In this document: piece by piece, positions 53,101 to 64,000 of the stretch
How the letters are laid out: each line of letters starts with the position of its first letter
Position numbering within the stretch: the stretch's first letter is position 1
Assembly (NCBI GenBank): GCA_030704615.1
Contig: CM060733.1
Span: 73,656,001 to 73,720,000 of the forward strand
From: Takakia lepidozioides
Taxonomy: Eukaryota; Plantae; Bryophyta
DNA length: 64,000 bases
Direction of reading: 5' to 3'
The notes under the pieces: model-generated
Seen by the model: the letters and a program-made list of their open reading frames with translations, nothing else
Databases searched by the model: none
Told to the model about the DNA's origin: nothing
Position numbers and translations under genes: made by a program

Positions 53101-53230
53101 CGGCCTCTCTGCCTGAGGTGACTTCCACCGGGCAGCCCCTGTTGGATATTCGGTGCCGAATTTCCATCCGGGGGTAGTAATGTGACGGCCCGGTGCCGGC
53201 TTCTCCCCTTCAGCCGATATCATCCGGACG
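50151..53230. repeat. Family B palindrome arrays: three blocks (GAAAAATGGCGCCATTTTTC; GGATGGAAATCCGGCGCCGGATTTCCATCC; GGAAATTCGGYGCCGAATTTCC in ~289-bp units)
   Basis: Block 1 36915-37087 + 50151-50935, block 2 50936-51720, block 3 51830-53230 (units at 51929, 52217, 52506). Confidence 0.9.
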
Positions 53231-53471
53231 GCCCCCCACTTTCTGACTGCATACCGTTGGCAGTTATTGCGCAAAGACCAGGGGCCGCATTCCGGAGACA
53301 AGGTTCATTAACACTCTGACTGTGGATTTTTGAGATAGTTGGCTCCCTAGATTTGGATTAGGCTTCGTCGCACGGACAAATCAGCACCGCATTCCTTCCC
53401 ATCGTTGTATCCCCCTTCTACCAAGGAGCTTCCCCGCACGCCATCCTGGCTGTCTTGTGTGCACATCTCCC

Positions 53472-54253
53472 ATGGCGGAAAACCCGAGCGCTACAGTGTA
53501 CTGCCCTCCTCACGAGCATAGAGCTTCATTTCCGTGCAGAGGGGACATCTGTCGTGTGATGGAGAAATATCTGTGCGTTCGATACCACCTGAAATCGGGG
53601 TCGGTTTTTTTGGAGGAGGAAAAGAAGGATTCAAACGGCGTTGTTGTCGAGAGTATTGTTGTGCTCCACGATGATTTCGGCGATGGCAGGGAATGACGAG
53701 TTCCACCATCGGACAGCGTCATATACAGGGCTGTTGGGGACTCATTTGCCCGCCAAATGCACCTTCTATCCTGGCGCCTTCCACGAAACAATCCGCGAAT
53801 CAGAGTGTGGGTACCTCAAAGAGAGAAGTCCGCAACGAAGAAAATCCAGAGCCGAACCCATCAATGAAGACGAGCGAGAACCGGGTTGTTCACAACCTGT
53901 CCGACTCAGACGAGGTCATGGAAGTTCCGAGATCATCCTGGAGATCAGGCAAGTCCTCAATGGACGTCAGTGGACGAGGGAGTCATATTCCCAGCACGAG
54001 CACCGCAGTTCAATCCATTCTTGAAATTCTGCGAGGGCTTCACATGGAGGGACACCGCTCGGAGCTGGCCGGGCTGGACTACAGCAAGTTCGCAATTAAA
54101 TCGGTTACATGCCTTCCCGCAGACGTCGACGGTAATATCTTCTTTGAGTTCCCTCCTCGGGCGGCCTTGCGAGAGGGCCTTCGGGACACGCCATTGCTTC
54201 GAAGAGGCCAACATTTGGAATGAGATGTTCATATCCGTCCAGTGAGACAAAGA
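53472..54253 (+). pseudogene. Family B transposase 5' part with large internal deletion
   Basis: MAENPSATVYCPP...FEFPPR fused directly to AALREGLRDTPL; GCM and DDE core absent. Confidence 0.85.
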
Positions 54254-54333
54254 CTAAGGAGGAGTTTGTGCAGCTCGTTCACGCTCAACGCATCGGCGTT
54301 GAACGTGAACGAGCTGCACAAACTCCTCCTTAG
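54254..54333. repeat. 80-bp near-perfect foldback (possible tiny MITE)
   Basis: ctaaggaggagtttgtgcagctcgttcacg...cgtgaacgagctgcacaaactcctccttag. Confidence 0.85.
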
Positions 54334-55146
54334 GGATTCTAGAAATCATTGATGGGGAAAAGGGAATCCTCCATATGGATATTTTCAATTGCATTTTCAT
54401 GTATCAAATTTTTTTTTGCAGTGTAATGAAATGCACCCCAAAACTCCTGGAATGAGGCAATATTCCATTCAAACTGAGATCCAACAGAAGCAGTTGTGGG
54501 GCCATTTCTGGAAAAAAGGCGCCGAATTTCTCTATTTTGGGCCGAAAACTGGCTAAGTCCCAACATGCACTGGTCTGGATGTGTCTGGAAAAATAGCGCC
54601 GAATTTCCCTATTTTGGGCCGAAAACTGGCTAAGTCCGAACATGCACGGGTATGATGTCTGGAAAAATGGCACCGAATTTCCAGTTACATGACCCAGAAC
54701 TGCCCAACATCTGTGCAATCCCCGGCACACCATGTACCGAAATTCGGCGCCACATTTCCAAAATTTGGGCTTACACACCTGTCATGAGGGGACCGATAGC
54801 CGCGGAATTCGGCACCATTTTTCGCCAGAGAGACCTATTACCGCGAAATACGTCGCGGATTTTTCCGGTTACGGACCCTATACCGCGAAATTCGGCGCCA
54901 TTTTTGCACATGTCGCTGGGAATTGGCATGAGCGGAAGACGAAATATCAGAGCACAACTCTCAAAACTACAATTTTCCCTTCAAGGTGCCGAATAATATA
55001 TTTGTTTTTTCTGACACATTGCATTAATTTAATGTTTTATAATGTTTTTTATTTTCGAAATTTGTACTTCTGCTCATGAAAACCGATTGTCTTGCTACTC
55101 CGCTCATGCCGCTCATGCTCATGAAATAGCTAACCTCCAGACAACG

Positions 55147-56995
55147 CTCAGGCCAACTGGGCAGCGGTGCGGCGTGTGTACGGTGAGGACCCCAATGTTG
55201 CAATGGAGGGGAAAGAGAGATCCTGTGGATTCCATTGGATACAGAGTCTATCTCACTACACTACCAAATTTGTTGCTAGCTCATTCCAGGCTGAACACCG
55301 TGTCCTTTGTACGGCGTGGAAGGATGCACCTACATTTGATGACGCGGAGGTTAAGTTTGCTATCATCGAGGCTTGGTGGAACACGTCAGGTGTAGTGGAG
55401 ACAACCAATCTGGGAGCCTTGCACAGCTGGTTGGGGTGGTGGCATTTCCGGTATCGACATTTCGGACAGTACATGCGGGGGGTATGATGCTGTCATTTTC
55501 TTGCAATTGTCTTTCTATTATGGACCTTTCCATTGGTCCCTCGCCATTGTTTGTGTCTTTGTAGGAGCGGTGCTTGGATTCCGACACGGACATGCCGAAC
55601 ACGAATATGGCAGAATCAGTCCACTCCTCCTGGCGAGCGTCTTCTGCCGCACATCTGGTGGACGTAGTGACGGCCACAACGGAGGACATGGACCGAGCAA
55701 TCATGCAGCAAGCCACGTACTACAAGTTCCTGAGCCGGAAACAATGGGGCTTTGGGCCGGACATGGAGGAATTGTTGGTACGAACAGCTTCGAGGTCGAA
55801 GAATCCACTGAAATGGGCGACAGCATTGCGAGAGAAGATCAAAAGAACGCCTCTGCACTGCAAAGGTGAACACCTAGAGGGGGACGTCCGTACTCGCCCT
55901 GTGAGGCGGAGGATTGAAGAGGAACCCGGGTGCGAAGAGGATTCCTGGAGATCCGACAGGAACATTCGGACAACACCTCGACGTACAGTCATGTTGCCGC
56001 ACAATGTGTCTTCCAGCAGTGGAAGCCCAAGAAATTCCAGATCGCCATCGCCTTCAAGCGGGGATTCCGTGCGAGAAATTCCCACCGCTCGCTTGCCCCA
56101 GATTCCGCCCGCTGTTATGCAGTATGGCCAAGCCATTGTGGAGACGACTGTGTCTGCGTCACAATGGAGAATTGCTCGCACAAAGCCGTCGTTTCGAGGC
56201 AGGTGTTCTGCAATTCGAGTGGATACACGGCAACGTTGTTTAGAGATGATAAGGAGGAATCCAGATGGGACTGTCCCTGCTCCTACTTTTACATGAAGAT
56301 TTGTCCATGCAAAGTTTGTGGAGGCGATAACCACCCAGTTCTGGTTCTGCAGGCACAACATTATGACTTGCGTGTATGGAAAGCCCAAGTACGGCATACA
56401 AACAATGCCAGAGGGTCCCCCGGTGTGGCCGATGGAACCAGGTTGCGATCTGAGTCAGGTTGAGGCTGACGCCCTTACCGCCGCAAGATTTTGGATGGTG
56501 CAGCGCACTGACGTCCCCAGACAACCATTTCCTCTTCCACAGCCTCCACCACCGACCCCTGTGAGAGCAAGAACAATGGGACGCGATAGCTCTAAGCATC
56601 CTACACACCGTTGGGGGAAACCGAAGAGGCGGCGACCTCCCTCAAAAGTGAACGAGACAAGGATGGGGAATGCACTTCGGATGAACTGTACAATCCAGAG
56701 CTCGACAGAAGTGCCCCCACCAGGCTTCGGGCGTGTGTATCAGATGGCCACGGCAGGCTCAGCTGTTTGCAATGAGGTGTACACCATCACCATTTCAGAA
56801 CTACCCACCTGCAATTGCACCGACTTCCAGATCATGGCGAACAAGGGGGCATCATACTGCCCTTGCAAACATTTGTACTACGTGTACCTAAAGAGACTCC
56901 GGTGTAATTCCACAACTCATCACTTCATACATGCACCAGGGTTGAGCCCCCAAGAGGTGCACACTCTTCTGAATATGGATCCAGGGGACCAGTGA
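55147..56995 (+). pseudogene. Family A transposase 3' part (CxxH, catalytic Glu, Cys-rich region, SWIM)
   Basis: AQANW...CGFHW; intron 55482-55564; TNMAESVH; one TGA at 56294; CNCTDF...CKHLY. Confidence 0.9.
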
Positions 56996-57896
56996 GCTTG
57001 GCTTGCGGTCCCAACACAATGGTACGCCCATCCTTTTCGGATAGTAGAACTGTACTGCTGCAAGTAGCTCTGACTCTGGCTACAGAAAGGTCCAACTTAT
57101 GTCTTGCCTACCAGTAACATGTTTTGCTCGAACTAAGATAATACTATGTCATTCACTTCTGTTTCCACGTGCATGTATTTTTGTGTGTTGGAGGGTTCTT
57201 GTTTTTCTGCTCTCCCAAACTTTGCTTTCCTCATTCGACCCCCGGCAAGGAAATGTGGCGCCGCATTTCCAAGTAACGTCGTAGGTACTGGTAGATGCGG
57301 CCTTCGTCATAGCAAGATAGTCGCACCCAGCCTTCAGGGAGCCGACCGTCGCCAACACCAAACTCCCCAGAAATTTCGTACGTGCGAGCCCTAACGCGGC
57401 ACCGCACTTCCCAGTTGAGTCGCAAATCTTTCCCGCCGAATACCCGAAAATGACAGAATTGTGAAGTACTGCAGACTCTATTGGTGCAGACTCTATTGGT
57501 TCAATCGCGGCATAAGGGTCAGCTTCATTCCAATGTTAAGGCATGTAAAACCGCGGAATACTCTATACAGGCCAGTATGCGACGTCCTTTTGCCGTGGTA
57601 TACTGGATTTCTCGTTGCACGGTCTATCATTTCCATGAGTGGATCTAAGAAACCATGAGCGGACTTGTTACTGACGACATATCTTCGCCGCATTACAGGA
57701 TGTGGAACTTCCAAAAACGGCAAGGTCAAAATAAAAAACTATTATTTTAATACTTGTTTAATCTGCCACATTTCCAAATTTGGAGGAGTCCGCTCATGAA
57801 ATCCGCGTGTCTTAGACTTCGGCTCACCGCTCATGCGGCTCATGCAGCTCATGGCTCATGGTTTCTGCTCATGAAATAGTAAACCTCGCAGCGCGG

Positions 57897-59412
57897 TGGC
57901 TAGAAGAAGTTCAAGCAAACGCTGCAATTCCTCACAAACACTCCAGGGCACATTTAAATTCCCCCCCTACAGGAACCTACACGGATGAAGATTGGCTGCT
58001 CCATGAATGTAGCCGTTTCAGTTTCATTCCCTGCCATGCAAACTATGGGCAATAAGTGCCAGGTGGGCCTATAGCCACCCGAGACGTCGAAGTCTATCCC
58101 CCCTTCGATGTAAATGCGGTGCCGAATTTCCATCCGGGGGATGGACTTCGGTGGCAGATTTCAAACTATACCCCGTGGATGAGAAAGAGGTATTGGTTCA
58201 TCCACCGCTGGCGTGATGAACACGTTACACGATGATTGGTGGGTATGTGGGACCCAGATGCTCCATTATTGGAGACCGCACTGCTCTTCCGCTTCTCATC
58301 ATTTCGAAAATCTAAGGGCTTCGTTGCTGTCCGCAAGGTCATTGTCATCGGCATCAAAGACGTCCTCAGGTCCTCCTTTGCAAGGATGTCGTGCTTCCGG
58401 AACCGGAACAACTGCCCTTATGGAGACTTCGATTATGCAATGTATTCGGCCACATCGGGAGACATCGTTATCTGGTACACAGTTTACACAGAAGATACTG
58501 GTTCGAATGTGGAAACATTGTCCGCTTTTGAGTATATCCCAGGCCACCACGCCTTCAAGCAGGGTGACGATCTTGGTCTGAGGAGTCCGTGGCTCCTGCG
58601 CATCCTTGATTCCGATTTTCCCAGCTACGACGGGCACCCATGCAGAAGAATGTGCACTGTTATGTTGTTGCGGTGGAACTGCTGCCAGTGGACGTGGGTG
58701 GACTCCATCGGAGAGACGTATACTCCTGAAGGAGTGCGCTCCTCTTCTCCATTGTATGGGGACATTTGCATTGGTGTGGACGACGAAAATGTGATGCTTT
58801 CCATATTCGATGGTGGTATGATTGAAGGGCACGACATTATGGTGAACATCAACAGGGGCGGTACAACGGCTGCAATCCAGTTTACCTGGAGGAGCCCGAT
58901 GACTCATGAGCTAGTTTTCAGAGCAGTCGAAGTCCCATTGACAACGTGACTTGTATTCAGAAGGCACAGGGCTAAAGATTTGTTTGCACAATCAGCATAG
59001 TAGACGTGCTTCAAATGCAATTCATGTGGATCAATAAAAACCCCATTGTGCCCTCTTTTTGTTCTATTCTGTATCCATCGTTCCCAGAATGCATCATTCC
59101 TCATTTCGTTTGGGAGTGGGAGTGTGGGTGGATTTTGCAAGTGGCTGGTAGGCTGAAATGGGCCCTCATTCTACAAAGCAGTACCACCCTACTATTCGCG
59201 AAACATTGCCTTTCAATTGGTAATTCTAAAAAACATTGCCGAACCTCATTCATCGGGAGGTCCTTCTCCCCCTTTGACCGTGACACCCTCAACCCTATTC
59301 CCGCAAACACTCATTTATGGAAAATAGTCCTGCTCATGTTTTTTTCGACACTTACGACTCTGCTCATGGCTCATGCCGCTCATGGCTCATGGCTCATGAA
59401 ATAGCAGCCCCC
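57897..59412 (-). mobile_element. Left end of copy A2 (ORF-Y + left terminus)
   Basis: Homologous to ~9025-10531; terminus followed by transposase sequence cctcccgaa. Confidence 0.9.
58386..58949 (+). CDS. ORF-Y second open copy
   Basis: Colinear with 9512-10075, no stops. Confidence 0.7.
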   Translation: MSCFRNRNNCPYGDFDYAMYSATSGDIVIWYTVYTEDTGSNVETLSAFEYIPGHHAFKQGDDLGLRSPWLLRILDSDFPSYDGHPCRRMCTVMLLRWNCCQWTWVDSIGETYTPEGVRSSSPLYGDICIGVDDENVMLSIFDGGMIEGHDIMVNINRGGTTAAIQFTWRSPMTHELVFRAVEVPLTT

Positions 59413-60221
59413 CCTCCCGAAGTCGATGGCAATGTCATCTTCGAGTTTCCACCTGTTACTTCCTCAAACAAAGCCTCAGGGATGTTAACAGACATGGATC
59501 GAAAGCATGACGGACACCCCTGGTGTGTGACGAAGACCAGTAGCATGAACATTGCTGATGGTGTTCGTGTACGATACGTCCTCTGTGTGGGGAAGCTGAG
59601 GTGCCTCAATCCCGCCTGCTTCCACTTTCTCTCCAAAGGAGGGGGGAGAAACGAGACGGATTGGACTGGCACAACCCGTCATCCATTCATTATCTCCAGC
59701 CAAGCTCTTGCGGGTACTTTCAAGTGCGCACATTGCAAAGAACCACCGACGTGCATATCCATGTGCAGAGCCAAGCAATATTACGTAATCCATTTGCTCC
59801 CGGACTTGATTAGAGCATGCATACACGTTGGGGTCCACTGCCACCCCTTGGCGAGAGGCAACATGCGGGAGGCTGTGCAAGAAGCACACGACATCATAAA
59901 AGAGGAGGTGAAATTGAGCCCCGGAGCCAGACCAAAGCAGATTCAGCTGAAGGCAGCCCACAAGATTGCTCTTGGCAAAATCATGTCTGAAGATGGTTCA
60001 GACCGAGTGCCCTTGAACAAAGAGGAGATGCTTGACCTGTTGGAGTCCGTCTCGCACGTTTGTAGTCCGAATGTGTGGAATCACATCGTATCTTGCAAGC
60101 AGGAGTTTGGCCGAGGGGCGGACATGCACTCAATCCTGGAGGTGAAACAAAGGACTAGATATGACTACATCCAGGTAGCAAGTTTCCAGGGCAAGGCAGC
60201 GTATCCGATCGTTGTTACATT
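59413..60221 (+). pseudogene. Family A transposase fragment (copy A4) with intact GCM-like domain
   Basis: DGHPWCVTK...CVGKLRCLNPAC...CAHC...CRAK...HVGVHCHP. Confidence 0.9.
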
Positions 60222-63200
60222 TGTCAAGTTAAATAAGCACAGTGTGAAAACAGCTAGAATAAAACTAGTTATTTGTAGTTAACACTTGGATTTAGGTCAA
60301 GTGTTAAATCAGGTGTCAAGTTTAGTTTGACACCTGGTCCGTCTTATCTTCACGAGAGCGGCAGTCGCGCGGCTCATCTTTCTCGAGTTGAGCCTGCGCG
60401 ACCGAGCTCCTGTGTGCGTTTAGATCTGAGTTTACTCATGATGGGAGTGTAGGTTGTTGTGGGGTGGAGTCCCCATAGCTTGGGGTGCCCCTGGCTCGAC
60501 TACTATTTTAAAGAGTGATGGTTTTGGATTTCACATTGTTTCTTGTGTGGAGAGCAGTGTCATTTGTTAGCTTTCTTATCACTCGAGAAAGATGACCTCT
60601 TACCTGTGAGTGCAAGGTAGGAGTTGAGGGTTAGCACTTGTACGATTACCTGTGTGTAAGTAGTGCTTAGTTTTAGAAGCTTAGAAGAAAAAAAAAAAAA
60701 AAAAACAAAATATGCAGGTTTCGATCAGCGTTGGTTCTGGCATGAGGCCGCCGGGCATGATGGAGCTACACTGCATGGAAGCAGCCTTTGTTTTGGTCGG
60801 TGAGGAGACATCATGGAGTAGCAGCGATTGGCCATTGGGAAACTGACCAAGTGCGAGACTTAAAGGAGGAGCCTGTGATCGAGCAGATGGGTAGAACTCC
60901 GTGCCTGGAGATGGCCGGGCTGCTCGCCTTAGTTCGATGTGCACAGACCAGTGTTAAATTAGAACCAGGACAGACCAGAAGCGGTCAGGAAAGGCAGCGG
61001 AAGAGCAGGTGGAGCTGGTGTAGCGGAGCCAGTTGAAGGAGGAGCTGTAAATCTGCTCCCTCCAGTAAATGCAGCGCCGGCACGTAGAGCATGGCGCAGC
61101 AAGCTGGTTGAAGGTGCAGGCCGAGAGAGAGAAAGCCTAGCACAAAAGTGATGGAGAACGGGGAGCCCATTGCTGGCATATCATCAACACTGCAAAACCA
61201 GGAGTCTCACAAATCTTCATGCTACTTGTGATTGTGGCTGGGAAAGCTACTTTCACCTGGTCGATTATCTGCATAAGCAACCAACTTTCTGACAAAAAGG
61301 GTTGTTGGGGGCATTGTTGATTTCGGAGAGTGCAAGGTGCAAAGTCGTTTTCGTTTTTTAAGTGCTTCAGGTTTGTACAAAGCCAAGTAGCTGTTGCTGC
61401 CTTGCACCTTGGGTCCACCATTTTGATGTGGAAACTGGTGGAAAGTCGAATGGTGGTTCACAACCCAGCTTTCAACTCAGCACACTGCCCGAGTCCAAGA
61501 TTGTGGCGATACAGGTCAAGGGAGCTCCAGCTCTATTTGTCTCATCATTGAACACTTCCAACTGATCACTTGCCTCTACTGTCATTTCGGCGTCAGGGTA
61601 CTTACTTCTGCACAGGCGAGCAGGGAGGAAATGCGAAGACTCGTAGCAGGAGAAGCAATGCTGACGGATGAGGCCAGCGGACGAGAGAGCTTCCAAGGGT
61701 TGATGGAGAGGCGGCGGAAGGAGGCTGCAGATTGAGTTCCACTTTACTGAGGCAATCGCAAATTCCTGTAGAGACTTGATAACTATATGATTGTCTCTCT
61801 TATACTGGAGCTGATGCAGATGGACCCAGGCCTTGGGTCTACATGCTGAGCATGGTTCACTTTCTTTTTCCTGGCAGTGAAGTCGTCTGTGCCTTGTGGG
61901 GGTGGTGACGGGGCAATCTGGTGCCTGTTGTCGCCGATCCCTGACCTGTAGAATGCACACAAAAAGCAAAACGAGCAGTAACAGGAAGGCGGAAAAATTC
62001 TAAGCCAACAATAATCGTTGGCGAGAGATGCGAATTAGACCAAGTTGATGGAACTTCAAGCTGGTCTTGGCTTTGGATTCCATGCAAAGACGGCCACATC
62101 ACAGCAGGCCGCCTGTCCATAAGCCATGAAGGTGCTGCGCAGTGCATCTGCTCTGAAATCGCCCCAATTCCTGGTTTGTAGTCTCTAGGTCTCGAGGAGG
62201 CAGGCCCACGCGCAGAGAAAGCAAATCGTGATACCCCACCCAACTGAGGTCGAGTGTTGGAATTAACGAGCTCTTGGTGCCTGGAGAATCCTGGAGGGGA
62301 ACGACCTCGGGAACTCGTAGATAACCTGGGAACAGGTTGTAATGGCAAAAGCGTTTTGGTGTTAAAAAAAAAAAAAACCTTTTTTTTTATCTAATTTAAA
62401 TGTTTAAAGAGCCTGGTTGGTCATATCTTTGTCAAATGAGCTCCGTTTGACTCAGTTTTGAGGGGATATCTGCAGAAAGGGGAAATCTACCTATCTAGAC
62501 CTGGTTCTGTTTTTGGGACTCTGCTAAAAATCTATGGAATTTTTAGAGTGTGAGTGTGCCATGAAAGATCCACAATCCTGTCTCTAGAACCTGTGCTGGT
62601 CTATATGAGAGACAAATTGGTGGATGTACTCCTTGCATGGCTGGGGGAAATGAGGACGTAATTGAAGGGCAGGTCTCTTCTCTTAGTCTGTGCACACAAG
62701 GGGACAGGATTTATGTTTCCCAAGGAACTCAGACTGATTTGAGTGGAGAACAGTTGGACGAGTTGATTGCATACTGGGAGTCAGGCATTAGCAGTAGACA
62801 ACAGACTGCTGTAGTTGGCATTGAGGGCCTCAATATCGCCTTGGACAGTCAGAACTCTGTTGGAGCCAGCAGTTCTGCAGCTGTAGGTGAAATACCAAAG
62901 TGGGTGAAAGCTAGGCTTGGAACACAGCCAAAGACAGCCCCGGGGACCAAGGTGTTCAGTCACAAGGCCGTGGTGTACTGGAGCAGAGGAGCAGGAGCTA
63001 CACAAGTTTGTGCAATCAGACATGATTGCAGCCGGATACGCTCTGCACAGGGCAACCACGAGCGGGGGGGTTCATCAGCAATGACATGTTTGTTGTGCGT
63101 GAAGGAGATGCAGTCATTCGCAATGAGGACACCCGCAACCGTCTCAAGCTTTCGAGTTGAGAGACTATCAAACCCTACCTTTGTTTTCTTTAGTGTTCAG

Positions 63201-64000
63201 TGAGCGGGAGATAGGGAGTATTGCTTTGTCTCTACCTGGCAGAAAGAGGAGGAGGGTTGGTTAGAGCGAGCTACTGTAGCTTGGGACAAGGTTAGTGGCA
63301 GGTTTCTGGACATAGATATACCTCCTACACCTTACCATCATGCAGAGCGAGGCACTTTGAGAGAAGTCTGGCAGTTGATAGCATAGATCAGGATTAGATC
63401 TTGCTTGGTCGGGCTTCTATTCTTCCCCTCCATCTCTGTACTATTTTCATTACCTTGTACTTGTAGTTGCCAAAGCCTCTCTTGGTGGAGGCCAGTCAGT
63501 CCGGGGTTTTGGGCTGGGTGCAGGATCAGCGTTGCTGCTGGATTTTGGTGTGGGGGTGTTGATGTTTTGATTTCTTGTGTTTGGATCCCCCCAACACCTG
63601 CATGCTTGACTGTGCGCCATGTTGGTTTTGTGTGGGCGCTTGCTTTCATAGGGATTAGGCCGGATTTGATCACCGGTCAATCCTAGAGTATGCTGTCGGT
63701 GGTGAGGCTGGAGTGATGACCAGCAAGACCACCAGTGTTTCTTCTATGGTGATGGTTGATGACCAGCCAACCATAGGAGTTCTTGCGGTGGATGCAGGTG
63801 CAGGTTCCCTGAGCCATTGGGATATGACCCTTAGACTGCAACAGGTGCCCACCCGTGTCACTATTAGATTAGTACTAGAGCCTTATAGTGTCACGTGGAG
63901 GAGGTGCACATTGTGAGTGTCATTACGGAGTTACCCAAGGGTTTTGAGGGAGTACGGCTACAAGCAGTGACAGTGAGAGTGGGGTCACAAGACGAGGTAT
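60222..64000. other. Unclassified insertion beginning TGTCAAG inside the A4 transposase; possibly an LTR retroelement
   Basis: Sharp junction at TG; no recognisable protein motifs, PBS or PPT in the window. Confidence 0.3.

Larger units (their letters stand above)
36110..55137 (+). mobile_element. MULE family B copy B1, non-autonomous, both ends present, carrying a nested LTR element
   Basis: Perfect 9-bp TSD cagacaacg at 36101-36109 and 55138-55146; ends gggggcttctatgtcatgag / gctcatgaaatagctaacctc. Confidence 0.95.
27013..57887 (+). mobile_element. MULE family A copy A3 (27013-36109 + 55147-57887), interrupted by B1
   Basis: Transposase resumes in register after TSD cagacaacg; right terminus ...gctcatgaaatagtaaacctc at 57887. 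Confidence 0.9.

Noticed and set aside
55147-56995. Zisupton/KDZ or hAT assignment for the transposase
   Set aside because: The D..D-CxxH..TNxxES catalytic pattern and 9-bp TSDs fit the Mutator superfamily.
62637-63203. 188-aa ORF as a host gene
   Set aside because: No recognisable motif, no second copy or splice support; left uncalled.

Overview
Eukaryotic, gene-free, almost entirely transposon-derived window with spliceosomal introns; the retroelement types suggest a bryophyte-like land plant (inference). It is dominated by nested copies of a giant (~16 kb reconstructed) Mutator-like (MULE) DNA transposon, family A, and a sister family B. Both have 9-bp TSDs and short GGGGGCT.CTAT / GAGGTT..CTAT ends with CATGAGC subterminal repeats. 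Family A encodes (i) a GCM-like Zn domain + DDE + SWIM transposase, (ii) a divergently transcribed multi-exon gene fusing a ParB/Srx-like domain (DGNHR) to a beta-class N4C/N6A DNA-methyltransferase-like domain, and (iii) two head-to-head paralogous ~190-aa ORFs of unknown function. The ParB-MTase gene is flanked by arrays of a 22-bp palindrome (GGAAATGCGGYRCCGCATTTCC). In the larger array these are phased every 53 bp, single copies also sit in the gene's introns, and family B uses different palindrome variants. Also present: a full-length non-chromovirus Ty3/Gypsy element (37088-50150) with extra 5' and 3' ORFs, a Gypsy remnant carrying a C5-cytosine-methyltransferase relic, and a chromovirus fragment. 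A ~21-kb inversion (~6069-27012) can be reconstructed from a split TSD and two split ORFs.
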